Positions 25,531 to 38,424 of a stretch of DNA of 64,000 bases are shown here, one piece after another. Origin of the DNA: Eledone cirrhosa (Eukaryota). How positions within the stretch are numbered: position 1 is the stretch's first letter; each line of letters begins with the position of its first letter. The notes below the pieces were generated by a model, which saw nothing but the letters and a program-made list of their open reading frames with translations, searched no databases and was not told the DNA's origin. A program made the translations under genes and the position numbers. The DNA lies in contig OZ024743.1 of assembly GCA_964016885.1 (NCBI GenBank), positions 128,650,001 to 128,714,000 on the forward strand, in the 5' to 3' direction.

Positions 25531-25887
25531 CCATTTCTTCTTCTGTCTTTCTCTTTCTTTCTCTTTTTAAGAAACCGCTGTGTGTCAGACCTGGAGAAGG
25601 ACAGGCTCCACCGTGTCGAAGACAAGCTATGTGTCTCGGCGTTGCTCCTACGACACAAGTAGGAGTTAACAGCTCAAGGAAGAAAATTATATATATATAT
25701 CCTTTATATATATCCTCATGAATGCTGAACTTGTAATCATTTGCCCTTCGGTGTATATGAACGTGGATAAATATTCCTTTAATAAAAAGCTTTTATCATT
25801 CTTTTGGTAGTCTTTGTCATTAGATAGCTGCTATCCCGGAGTACCGCCATCAAAGGATTTAGTCGATAATATCGATCTTAGTACTAT

Positions 25888-26016
25888 ACTGGTAATTTAT
25901 TTATCAACTTCGAAAAGATGATCAGGGCGGGATTTTAAATCAGAGCACAGAGAGCCAGAATGAATATCGAAAAGTATTCTATCCGACATTCTAACGACTC
26001 TGCCAATTCGCTGCCT
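25888..26016 (-). mobile_element. Diverged SINE copy
   Basis: Reverse strand starts GGCAGCGAATTGGCAGAGTCGTTAGAATGTCGG and ends TTGATAAATAAATTACCAG. Confidence 0.6.
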
Positions 26017-26030
26017 ATACGTACATGATG

Positions 26031-27297
26031 GCTGCCCCCTCGTTATCGAGTAAGACCATTGCACGTTATACCATTATTAATAATTATTAATTAATTCCAT
26101 CGTGCAATGCCTGTGAGTGAAGATATTTTTTAAAGTGAGGAAAGACTGTGCACTGAGCCAATCCCACTCTCTGAGCGACAGTAGCTAACTCGAAAAGAAG
26201 AAAAGATCAACATCATCGGTAACTACTGAGCCCCAGGTTTTATATCGGAGTTATCCCAGTTTCCTGAGTTGCCTTCTCCTAGAAGAATGCCCTGACAAAG
26301 GCTAGGGGTGCTTCAATCCCAGTGGTTTAACTGCGCGATCGGGTGTCCATCCCGACTCTCTCTATGTCCCCGCACATATACATATACATGCACCCATGCA
26401 TATACACATATACATATACATACATATGAACATGTGCATATACATATTTACACACTTTTGGATGGCCGTTGACTCTTATGATTTCTTCCGCCTTTTGTCA
26501 GGTTTTGTTTTTTGTCCTGCAGGGTGTCCAAAGTCACCCTCCTCACCAAGTCGGGTCACTCTTGAGTGCTACTGATAACATGTAACCCAGTACAACCTGT
26601 TGCATGGTCGGATCATCGGCGACTAAACCGGCAAACCCAACAAGATAAATACATACATACATACATACATACATACATACATACATACATACATACATAC
26701 ATACATACATGGTGGCTGCCAACTCGTTTTCGAGTACGGCCGCTACTTTATATCCATGTAGGAGAACCCCTGCCGATACGCTGAACGAGTGTGACTTTTT
26801 AGTCCTCCCAGCGACTTGAAAACTCTGGTACAAACACTACACTTGTGACAATTATTGACACAGTGCTGGGCCCATGGTACCATGTGACGACAAGTGCAGA
26901 GAGATCTCCAGATATAAAGCAATGCCTGTGCCGTGAAGCTTTTATAATGAGCAAAGGCACTGCACAAAGCCAGTCCCACTCTCTTAACCAAGATGATATT
27001 TACCAAAAAGAAGAACAAGTCAACATCATTGGATACCACCAGGGTTGAAGGTGTTATATCTGAGTTTTCCTTCTCCTAGAATTCTGCCTTGACAAAGGCT
27101 AAGGGGTCATCTCTCCCGGTGATTTTGGATGGCCATTGACTCTTAAGAGCTCCTTTGCCCTTCGACAGGTTTTGTTTTTAGTCCTGCAGGATGTCCAAAG
27201 TCACCCTCCTCACAAAGAAACCTTGGTGGGGTTGCCAGTTTAGTCGCCAACGACCCGACCATGGGACAGGTTGTACTGGAATACATGTTACCATGTT
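26031..27297 (+). mobile_element. Cluster of RTE-like 5'UTR-derived repeat pieces (26031-26340, 26456-26644, 26709-27297) separated by (ACAT)n
   Basis: Shared TTCTCCTAGA..GCC.TGACAAAGGCTA motif at ~26270 and ~27065. 26456-26550 repeats 27123-27212 directly; 26575-26644 is inverted relative to 27222-27295. Confidence 0.5.
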
Positions 27298-28019
27298 ACA
27301 TACATACATACATACACACACACATGTGTGTTTAAGTGTTTGTGCGTGTGTGCGTGCGCATGAGAGTGTGTGCGTGCGTGAGAGAGAGAGAGAGAGAGGG
27401 GGGAGAGAGAGTGTGTGTGTGTGTTCCTGTCTCCCAAATTTCTTTCATAAGGCATAGATCAACTCAATGTAAAAGAATGTGTCACTCAGAGAGGGTGAAT
27501 GCGAAACCACACAGCCATGCTGAACACCTTAACTACACAAGCATGCCTGCGCTTGACATCAATGAAATACTTTTAGTATAATGCAGAATATTTGACCGTC
27601 GTGTATCTCTGGTATGTTTAGGGTTTGTGAGAATTTTTAATGGTTCAATCTCTTCACCCATCGTTTATAGTTTACCGTGTGAGTGACTGAGTAGTTCACA
27701 GACACATGCATCCTTAAGGTGATTCTCAGGGAAATTCAGCGTGATAAGGCCGGCCCTTTAAATTACAGGTACAGTCTATCCAACAGGCTTCCCAACAATT
27801 TCCATCTACCCAATTTCACTCTCAAAGTATGATAAATGACAATTGCCAAGATGCCACGCAGTGAGATCGAACCCGGGCCCTAATGATAGGGAAACAAACT
27901 TCTTAACCATTCTGCCAACGTCTTTCATTCTGTGTCCCTGATCGATCGACAAGATCCAAGACCTCATTCGCTGGCCGAGTGGAGTGGACCTCGTCAATCG
28001 GACCCAGGAAACAATTATT

Positions 28020-28192
28020 CTATTGATCTTTCCATTGCTGATATTATCTACCGGTCGAAACTCCTGGCAGAAGGAGCGACGTGAAATAAAATGTCTTGCT
28101 CAAGGACACAACGCACAATCTGGTCCGAGAATTGATCTTGCAACCTCATGATTGCGAATCCAACTCTCTAACCACTAAGCCACGCACCTTCC
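28020..28192 (-). mobile_element. Second-family SINE copy
   Basis: Reverse strand GGTGCGTGGCTTAGTGGTTAGAG..GCGTTGTGTCCTTGAGCAAGACATTTTATTTCAC. Confidence 0.65.
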
Positions 28193-28963
28193 CATATTAA
28201 GACGCATTAAAACCCCAGAATAGTTGCACAGAAATAGATATAAATGTAACTCAATTATATAATCATTATTATCATCGACAAGATATTTACTGACATTTCT
28301 ACATGAACTTTTCATAAAACAAAATGGTAATTGGATATCCTGCCGTTCTCGGTATACCTTGGAACACGGCAGTAGATATTCTCTGAAACATAGCTTCTGT
28401 AATTATCTGAATGTTTATAACATTTTGGTTTCTTAGAGATTTTTTTCTTTCTTTCTATACCACTGCATTTCTTTTGTGGCACAGCATCCAATTCAATATA
28501 ATATATTTCTGATATAAAATACGGGAATGGTTCCAGCTTCAAAAAATGCAAGTGGAGAGAGTATGAAAAAAATGCGTTTAGTCCACTTCAATGTTTCCTC
28601 ATTATATCAGTACTGGTACATAATCCATTGTTTTACGGAAGGAATTGGTAGCACTGTTCCCTCAGCAAACGGTAATAAAGCTATTTTGTGTGAATTATAT
28701 ATATATATATATGAAGGTAGATAAGGTTTTGTTTATGTATATCAGGAATGATTCCTGAATTCTACCACGTAGTGAATAGCTGCTTCCACAATTATAAGCT
28801 TTCTGGTGAAGTGTGATAAATAATTAATTGTTGCATATGATTGAACAATATATATTGTAGTCAGCATATGTAGACAATTATAATGGACACAGAAACATGT
28901 GTTAAAGCAAATAAATTCCTATTCTCCTTTCTCGCCGATATTTAAATTTGTTGGTGCAATTCT

Positions 28964-29038
<75 letters not shown>

Positions 29039-29042
<4 letters not shown>

Positions 29043-29378
29043 GATATTAACAAATGGAAACTATATTTATAAAACCATATTTATTTCATTATACATATTT
29101 CAAGGACACCAATATGGTGTGCTTTCATCAGATAAAATATAATATAGAACAGTTTTATAAATAAATATTGACATACACTTAAAGAATGCAACCTTTAAGG
29201 GTATGTCAATATTTATGGTTGCATTCTTTAAGGGTATGTCAATATTTATTTATAAAACTGTTCTATATTATATTTTATCTGATGAAAGCACACCATAATT
29301 TAACTTGGTGCCCTTGAAATATGTATAATGAAATAAATATGGTTTTATAAATATAATTTCCATTTGTTAATATCGTAT
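29039..29378. repeat. Foldback (~155-bp arms) abutting (TA)n; probable PLE pLTR fragment
   Basis: 29039-29193 vs 29217-29378 are reverse complements. The 23-nt spacer 29194-29216 is a direct duplicate of 29227-29249. Confidence 0.9.
29271..29335 (+). ncRNA. Minimal type I hammerhead ribozyme (mirror copy on the minus strand at ~29082-29139)
   Basis: Helix I TATTTTAT/ATGAAATA. CTGATGA at 29279-29285. Helix II AAG..CACCA/TGGTG..CTT. GAAA at 29316-29319. Short self-complementary helix III ATATGTAT (dimer-type). AUA triplet. Confidence 0.65.
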
Positions 29379-29460
29379 TTTTACTCCAAATATTTGTTGA
29401 GTGCTTTATATCAGTTATAAAAAAATATTTGCTTGTTGAATCCCAACAATTTCAATAGAA

Positions 29461-29502
<42 letters not shown>

Positions 29503-30481
29503 TTAAAATATATTGCCAAACACTTATTCACATCTTCATTTAATTTACAAATGTTTCATCCCCTTATGATTTTATTACGTCAACACGTTCATCTTTTCGA
29601 AGGCACGAAAATCACGAAGAATTTTTGTTCACAGACACATTTTACAAAACTCCGTTAATTAGCAACATGCTTGATACACTTTTACATGAGTCATATAAAA
29701 CAATAAAAGAACAATATACAAAAGCAAAACATAGAACGTAGAATAACAATTTGGGAAATATTCTATTGTCCTAATATAAACGGCAACGTGGGTATTTCAG
29801 CAGAAACTATAAATAAACTTGTCATAAGTGAGATATTGAATGGGATTTTAATTAATTTATTTAACAAGTTTATAAAATATATAAATTTAAATTGACATTA
29901 AGGTTGCGAATTGACAGTCGACAGAAGATAAGACTAAATTACTCTCCATATTTGTTCTGGCTCAACGCTGAGTCCAGCTCACACCGATATCAACTTTACC
30001 TCTTATTCGTTCTGTGTCGATAAAACAAGTTCGGAAGTAGCGGATTGATGCAATTATTTGAGTGCAGAACAAATACCGCAAATAATTTGTTCCAGCTCTT
30101 TACGTGTTAAATTCAGACCACGCTGTAGTTTATTTGGGTGGTAAGATATCTTCCTCCCTCCTCGGGCTTCTAAACAGATTCATGGACACTGCTCTCCCCT
30201 GGCATCTGGAAATTTCATCAAAAACTATTAGTAATATATATAAAGAATTGTGAGGTTAAACTTAAGGGTAAAATGTATCTTTCACTATGTTATTCCTATA
30301 CCTCTCTTTTCTTATAAAATAGTTGGTGGATTTTATATCGATCTGAATAAGAAAATCGTTTGAGTGATTTAATTGGGGTTTGATTCAGTTTCAATAACTG
30401 CACGCCAAAAAAGAAGACAAAAAAACAACAAATAAATCTATTACAGAATGAATGATTATTATTTCCCTTGTTGTTTCAGCA

Positions 30482-30554
30482 GCCCGGCTAGCTCAGTCGG
30501 TAGAGCACGAGACTCTTAATCTCGGGGTCGTGGGTTCCAGCCCCGCGTTAGGCG
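30482..30554 (+). pseudogene. trnK-CTT: tRNA-Lys(CTT) copy 1, degenerate
   Basis: B-box change (TTCCAG), a T-stem A>G change and an acceptor-stem G>A mismatch. Confidence 0.75.
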
Positions 30555-32365
30555 AATCCTTTTTATCTGTTTTAAATCTTAGTTTCTTATTATATTCTGT
30601 TTTACTTATTGCATTATATCAAAATATGAACCTCTTATTTGGCCGTCTCACCCTTCCGAAATATAACACATGTAATATTTAATTTCGATATTATAAGCAT
30701 CAAATACTGGTCTCTAATTTAATCAAAGAGTACAGCTCTTCCCCTATTTTTTAAGCGATAGTGTGAAAGTTGCGTGATATTTGGTTAGTATTTCTAACAG
30801 GTTGATAACCACAGATACGCACTGTCACCGGTTTGAATATTGTCAAGCTGGTCAAGTGTTTTGAAAAGGGACACATAACGAAGGCCAGCACTGCGCATGT
30901 GTGTCTATAGAAGTCAACCTACAGCAATTTAAACCAAACATTCACAGAATCAACCTAATTGGTCTTGGAGAACCTGCAATAGTCAAGGACACAACTGCTT
31001 CCTCCAGATCTAACGGGAAAATGCACAATCTTTATTTAGGTGCTACTAACTTCTACGACTAAAATATTATGGTAGCAAGAAGTTCTATGTTTGAGATACA
31101 CACCACGAGTCAAATGCAAATGCAAACATGGAACGTAGAATCACAATTTGGTATATATTCTTCTAATTTCATTTATGACGACATGGGGAATTGATAACAT
31201 CCTCATAAAATATGATACTCCCTAGATAATAATAGATGAATCACTACCTCCTTACGGACAACTCACGCTGCACACCAGGTCCAAACACAGAAGGGCCTGA
31301 CTCCCAATTTCATCGGCTCCATCTCTCTCTATTATGAGCAAATGGGGTCCCACGTGCTGGCCACCCAATGGACCCGGCGGACAGAATGGAGAAGGCGTTT
31401 CCTCGGCGGATGTTAAGGGAGATGCGCTAGAAAAGCCATTCCATCTCGCCAGGCGTACACCTGCTGCTAGCGAGATCAGCGCATAAGGTGGTAAGTATGG
31501 AGGAGAGCTTAGGGCCAAGGACCCAAGAAAGAAGTCTCCCCTGCTTGGGGATCGACTCCAAACCTATCGGAGAGCGACCGATACTTCGAATAACAACAAG
31601 GTTGTCATATTAGCAGAAACTATAAATAAACTTATCAATAGTGAGATATTGAATGGGATTTAAATTAATTTATTTAACAAGTTTATAAAATACATAGATT
31701 TAAATTGACATTAAGGTTGCGAATTGACAGCCGACAGAAGATAAGACTAAGTTACTCTCCATATTTGTTCTGGCTCAAAGTTCTGAGTCCAGCTCACGCC
31801 GAGATCAACTTTACCTCTTATTCGTTCTGTGTGGATAAAACAAGTTCGGAAGTAGCGCATTGATGCAATTATTTGAGTGCCGAACAAATACCGCAAATAA
31901 TTTGTTCCAGCTCTTTACGTGTTGAATTCAAACCACGCTGTAGTTTATTTGGTGGTAAAATTTAATATGTCACCTTGTTTGACACCACCAACTAGACCTG
32001 GGTTGCCTCTCAGAACTCCAGTTTGAAGATATCTTCCTCCCTTCTCGGGCTTCTAAACAGATTCATGGACACTGCTCTCCTCTGGAATCTGGAAAATTCA
32101 TCAGAAACTATTAGTAATATATATAAAGAATTGTGAGGTTAAACTTAAGGGTAAAATGTATCTTTCACTATGTTATTCCTATGCCTGTCTTTTCTTATAA
32201 AATAGTTGGTGGATTTTATATCGATCTGAATAAGAAAATCGTTGCAGCGATTTAATTGGGGTTTGATTCAGTTTTCAATAACTGCACGCCAAAAAAGAAG
32301 ACAAAAAAAAACCAAATAAATCTATTACAGAATGAATGATTATTATTTCCCTTGTTATTTCGGAA

Positions 32366-32438
32366 GCCTGGCTAGCTCAGTCGGTAGAGCACGAGACTCT
32401 TAATCTCGGGGTCGTGGGTTCGAGCACCACGTTGGGCG
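32366..32438 (+). tRNA. trnK-CTT: tRNA-Lys(CTT) copy 2, variant (possibly impaired)
   Basis: C4>T (G:U wobble) and a C>A mismatch at the T-stem base. Confidence 0.7.
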
Positions 32439-34550
32439 AAATATTTTTATCTGTTTTAAATCTTAGTTTCTTATATTCTGTTTTACTTATTGCTTTATAT
32501 GACGATATGTACCTGTTATTTGGCAGTCTCACCCTTCCGAAATATAATACATGTAACATTTAATTTCGATATTATAAGAATCAAATACTGGTCTCTAATT
32601 TAATCGAATACTACAGATTTCCCCTATTTTTTAAGCGATAGTGTGAAAGTTGCGTGATATTTAGTTAGTATTTCTAACAGGTTGATAACCACATATACGC
32701 ACTGTCACCGGTTTGAATATTGTCAGGCTGGTCAAGTGTTTTAAAAAGGGACACATAACGAAGGCCAGCACTGCGCATGTGTGTCTATAGAAGTCAACCT
32801 ACACAATTTAAACCAAACATTCACAGAATCAATCTAATCGGTCTTGGAGAACCTGCAATAGTCAAGGACACAACTGCTTCCTCCATATCTAACGGGAAAA
32901 TGCACAATCTTTATTTAGGTGCCACTAATGTCTACGTGATATTTGGTTAGTATTTCTAGCAGGTTAATAACCACATATACGCACTGCCACCGGTTTGAAT
33001 ATTTTCAGGCTGGTCAAGTGTTGTAAAAAGGAACACATAACGAAGGCCAGCACTGCGCATGTGTGTCCTATAGGAGTCAACCTGCAGCAATTTAAACCGA
33101 ACATTCACAGAATCAATCTAATCGGTCTTGGAGAACCTGCAATAGTCAACGATACAACTGCTTCCTCCAGATCTAACGGGAAAATGCACAATCTTTATTT
33201 AGGTGCCACTAATGTCTACGTTTAAAATATTATAGTGGCAAGAAGTTCTATGTTTGAGATACACGCCACGAGTCAAATGCGAAAGCAAAATATGGAACGT
33301 AGAATCACAATTTGGTATATATTCTTCTAATTTCATTTATGACGACATGGGGAATTGATAACATCCTCATAAAATATGATATTCCCAAGAAAATAGTAGA
33401 TGTATCACTACCTCCTTACGGACAACTCACGCTGCACACCAAGTCCGAACACAAAAGGGCCTTACTCCCACTCTCATCGGCTCAATCTCTCTCGCACTGG
33501 CCATCTCTCTCTATTATGAGCAAATGGGATCCCACGTGCTGGCTACCACATGGCCCGGGCCGAAAGAATAAGAGAAGGTGTTTACCCGGAAGATGGTAAG
33601 GGAGATGCGTTAGAAAAGCCATTCCATCTCGCGAAGCTCACACCTGCTGCTAGTGAGCTCAGCGCATATGGTGGTGAGTATGGAGGAGAGCTTAGGGCCA
33701 AGGACCCAAGAAAGAAGTGTCCACTACTAGGGGATCGACTCCAAACCCGTTGGAGAGCGACTGATACTTCGAATAACAGCAACGTGGTCATTTTAGCAGA
33801 AACTATGAATAAACTTGTCAAAAGTGAGATATTGAATGGGATTTTAATTAATTTATTTAACAAGTTTATAAAATATATAAATTTAAATTGACATTAAGGT
33901 TGCGAATTGACAGTCGATAGAAGATAAGACTAAGTTACTCTCCATATTTGTTCTGGCTCTAAGTTCTGAGTCCAGCTCACGCCGAGATCAACTTTACCTC
34001 TTATTCGTTCTGTGTGGATAAAACAAGTTCGGAAGTAGCGCATTGATGCAATTATTTGAGTGCAGAACAAATACCGGAAATAATTTGTTCCAGCTCTTTA
34101 CGTGTTGAATTCAAACCACGCTGTAGTTTATTTGGTGGTAAATTTTAATATGTCACCTTGTTTGACACCACCAACTAGACCTGGGTTGTCTCTCAGATCT
34201 CCAGTCTGAAGATATCTTCCTCCCTCCTCGGGCTTCTAAACAGATTCATGGACACTGCTCTTCCCTGGCATCTGGAAATTTCATCAGAAACTATTAGTAA
34301 TATATATAAAGAATTGTGAGGTTAAACTTAAGGGTAAAATGTATCTTTCACTATGTTATTCCTAGGCCTCTCTTTTCTTATAAAATAGTTAGTGGATTTT
34401 TATAAGGAGCTGAATAAGAAAATCATTTGAGTGATATAATTGGGGTTTGATTCAGTTTTCAAAAACTGCACGCCAAAAAAGAAGACAAAAAAACCCCCAA
34501 ATAAATCTATTACAGAATGAATGATTATTATTTCCATTGTTATTTCAGCA

Positions 34551-34623
34551 GCCCGGCTAGCTCAGTCGGTAGAGCACGAGACTCTTAATCTCGGGGTCGT
34601 GGGTTCGAGCCCCACGTTGGGCG
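34551..34623 (+). tRNA. trnK-CTT: tRNA-Lys(CTT) copy 3, intact
   Basis: Identical to the solo copy; T5 terminator downstream. Confidence 0.96.
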
Positions 34624-36448
34624 AAATGTTTTTATCTGTTTTAAATCTTAGTTTCTTATATTCTGTTTTACTTCTTGCTTTATATGACAATATGAACCTC
34701 TGATTTAGCAGTCTCACCCTTCCGAAATATAACACATGTAACATTTAATTTCGATATTATAAGAAACAAATACTGGTCTCTAATTTAATCGAATACTACA
34801 GCTTTCCCCTATTTTTTAAGCGATAGTGTGAAAGTTGTGTGATATTTGGTTAGTATTTCTAGCAGGTTGATAACCACATATACGCACTGTCACCGGTTTG
34901 AATATTGTCAGGCTGGTCAAGTGTTGTAAAAAGGAAAACATAACGAAGTCCACCACTGCGCATGTGTGTCCTATAGGAGAGGAACCTGCAGCAATTTAAA
35001 CCAAACATTCACAGAATCAATCTAATCGGTCTTGGAGAACCTGCAATAGTCAAGGACACAACTGCTTCCTCCAGATCTAACGGGAAAATGCACAATCTTT
35101 ATTTAGGTGCCACTAATGTCTACGTCTAAAATATTATAGTAGCAAGAAGTTCAATGTTTGAGATACACGACACGAGTCAAATGCGAAAGCAAACATGGAA
35201 CGTAGCGTCACAATTTGGTATATATTCTTCTAATTTCATTTATGACGACATGGGGAATTGATAACATCCTCATAAAATATGATACTCCCAAGAAAATAGT
35301 AGATGAATCACTACCTTCTTACTGACAACTCACGCTGCACACCAGGTCCGAACACAAAAGAGCCTTACTTCCACTCTCATCGGCTCCATCTCTCTCGCAC
35401 TCCCCACATCTCTATTATGAGCTAATGGGGTCAAACGTGCTGGCCACCCCATGGCCCAGGGGGAAAGAATAAGAGAAGCGTTTACCCGGAATATGGTAAG
35501 TGAGATGCGCTAGAAAAGCCATTCCATCTCGCTAGGCTCACACCTGCTGCTAGCAAGCTCAGCGCATATGGTGGTAAGTATGGAGGAGAGTTTAGGGCCA
35601 AGGACCCAAGAAAGAAGTCTCCAATGCTAGGGGATCGACTCTAAACCCGTTGGAGAGCGACTGATACTTCGAATAACAGCAACGTGGTCATTTTAGCAGA
35701 AACTATAAATAAACTTTTCAAAAGTGAGATATTCAATGGGATTTGAATTTCTTTATTTAACAAGTTTATAAAATATATAGATATAAATTGACATTAAAGT
35801 TGCGAATTGACAGTCGACAGAAGATAAGACTAAATTACTCTCCATATTTGTTCTGGCTCAACGCTGAGTCCAGCTCACGCCGAGATCAACTTTACCTCTT
35901 ATTCGTTCTGTGTGGATAAAACAAGTTCGGAAGTAGCGCATTGATGCAATTATTTGAGTGCAGAACAAATACCGGAAATAATTTGTTCCAGCTCTTTACA
36001 TGTTGAATTCAAACCACGCTGTAGTTTATTTGGTGGTAAATTTTAATATGTCACCTTGTTTGACACCACCAACTAGACCTTGGTTGCCTCTCAGATCTCC
36101 AGTCTGAAGATATCTTCCTCCCTCCTCGGGCTTCTAAACAGATTCATGGACACTGCTCTCCCCTGGCATCTGGAAAATTCATCAGAAACTATTAGTAATA
36201 TATATAAAGAATTGAGAGGTTAAACTTAAGTGTAAAATGTATCTTTCACTATGTTATTCCTATGCCTCTCTTTTCTTATAAAATAGTTGGTGGATTTTAT
36301 ATCGATCTGAATGAGAAAATCGTTTGAGTGATTTAATTGGTGTTTGATTCAGTTTTCAATAACTGCACGCCAAAAAAAGAAGACAAAAAAACTCCCAAAT
36401 AAATCTATTACAGAATGAATGATTATTATTTCCCTTGTTGTTTCAGCA

Positions 36449-36521
36449 GCCCGGCTAGCTCAGTCGGTAGAGCACGAGACTCTTAATCTCGGGGTCGTGG
36501 GTTCGAGCCCCACGTTGGGCG
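36449..36521 (+). tRNA. trnK-CTT: tRNA-Lys(CTT) copy 4, intact
   Basis: Identical to the solo copy. Confidence 0.96.
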
Positions 36522-38351
36522 AAATATTTTTATCTGTTTTAAATCTTAGTTTCTTATTATATTCTGTTTTACTTATTGCATTATATCAAAATATGAACCT
36601 GTTATTTGGCAGTCTCACCCTTCCGAAATATAATACATGTAACATTTAATTTCCATATTATAAGAATCAAATATTGGTCTCTAATTTAATCGAATACTAC
36701 AGCTTTCCCCTATTTTTTAAGCGATAGTGTGAAAGTTGTGTGATATTTACTTAGTATTTCTAACAGGTTGATAACCACATATAAGCACTGTCACCGGTTT
36801 GAATATTGTCAGGCTGGTCAAGTGTTTTAAAAAGGGACACATAACGAAGGCCAGCACTGCACATGTGTATCCTACAGAAGTCAACCTACAGCAATTTAAA
36901 CCAAACATTCACAGAATCAATCTAATCGGTCTTGGAGAACCTGCAATAGTCAAGGACGCAACAGCTTCCTCCATATCTAACGGGAAAATGCACAATCTTT
37001 ATTTAGGTGCCACTAATGTCTACGTTTAAAATATTATAGTAGCAAGAAGTTCTATGTTTGAGGTACACGACACGAGTCAAATGCAAAAGCAAAATATGGA
37101 ACGTAGAATCACAATTTGGTATATATTCTTCTAATTTCATTTATGACGACATGGGGAATTGATAACATCCTCATAAAATATGATACTCCCTAGATAATAG
37201 TAGATGAATCACTACCTCCTTACGGACAACTCCCGCTGCACACCAAGTCCGAACACAAAAAGGGCCTTACTCCCACTCTCATCGGCTCCATCTCTCTCGC
37301 ACTCCCCATCTCTCTCTATTATGAGCAAATGGGGTCCCACATGCTGGCCACCCCATGGCCCCGGGGAACAGAATGGAGAAGGCGTTACCCCGAAAGATGG
37401 TAAGGGAGATGCGCTAGAAAAGCCCTTCCATCTCGCCAGGCGTACACCTGCCGCTAGCGAGCTCAGCGCATTTGTTGGTAAGTATGGAGGAGAGCTTAGG
37501 GCCAAGGACCCAAGAAAGAAGTCTCCCCTGCTTGGGGATCGACTCCAAAGCTATCGGAGAGCGACCGATACTTCGAATAACAGCAACGTGGTCATTTTAG
37601 CAGATACTATAAATAAACTTGTCAAAAGTGAGATATTCAATGGGATTTTAATTAATTTATTTAACAAGTTTATAAAATATATAGATATAAATTGACATTA
37701 AGTTTGCGAATTGACAGCCGACAGAAGATAAGACTAAATTACTCTCCATATTTGTTCTGGCTCAACGCTGAGTCCAGCTCACGCCGAGATCAACTTTACC
37801 TCTTATTCGTTCTGTGTGGATAAAACAAGTTCGGAAGTAGCGCATTGATGCAATTATTTGAGTGCCGAACAAATACCGGAAATAATTTGTTCCAGCTCTT
37901 TACGTGTTGAACTCAAACCACGCTGTAGTTTATTTGGTGGTAAATTTTAATATGTCACCTTGTTTGACACCACCAACTAGACCTGGGTTGCCTCTCAGAT
38001 CTCCAGTTTGAAGATATCTTCCTCCCTTCTCGGGCTTCTAAACAGATTCATGGACACTGCACTCCCTTGGCATCTGGAAATTTCATCAGAAACTATTAGT
38101 AATATATATAAAGAATTGTGAGGTTAAAATTAAGGGTAAAATGTATCTTTCACTATGTTATTCCTATGCCTCTCTTTTCTTATAAAATAGTTGGTGGATT
38201 TTATATCGATCTGAATAAGAAAATCGTTTGAGTGATTTAATTGGGGTTTGATTCAGTTTTCAAAAACTGCACGCCAAAAAAGAAGACAAAAAAACCCCCA
38301 AATAAATCTATTACAGAATGAATGATTAGCATTTCCCTTGCAATTTCGGCA

Positions 38352-38424
38352 GCCCGGCTAGCTCAGTCGGTAGAGCACGAGACTCTTAATCTCGGGGTCG
38401 TGGGTTCGAGCCCCACGTTGGGCG
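38352..38424 (+). tRNA. trnK-CTT: tRNA-Lys(CTT) copy 5, intact
   Basis: Identical to the solo copy; T9 terminator. Confidence 0.96.

Noticed and set aside
31489-31500. ATACTTACC on the minus strand resembling the U1 snRNA 5' end
   Set aside because: Downstream sequence does not match U1 (no stem-loops I-IV or Sm site); it is simply the complement of a donor consensus.
36040-36075. Minus-strand GGVKQGDIL resembling LINE RT motif B, and LDLEEA (~36960) resembling motif A
   Set aside because: Flanking residues do not fit an RT, there are stops nearby and the spacing is wrong. A tblastn or HMM search would be needed to revive it.
36165-36190. CTGATGA (minus) and CTGAAGA (plus) in the array unit as a possible hammerhead
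   Set aside because: No properly placed GAAA with pairing helices I-III was found.
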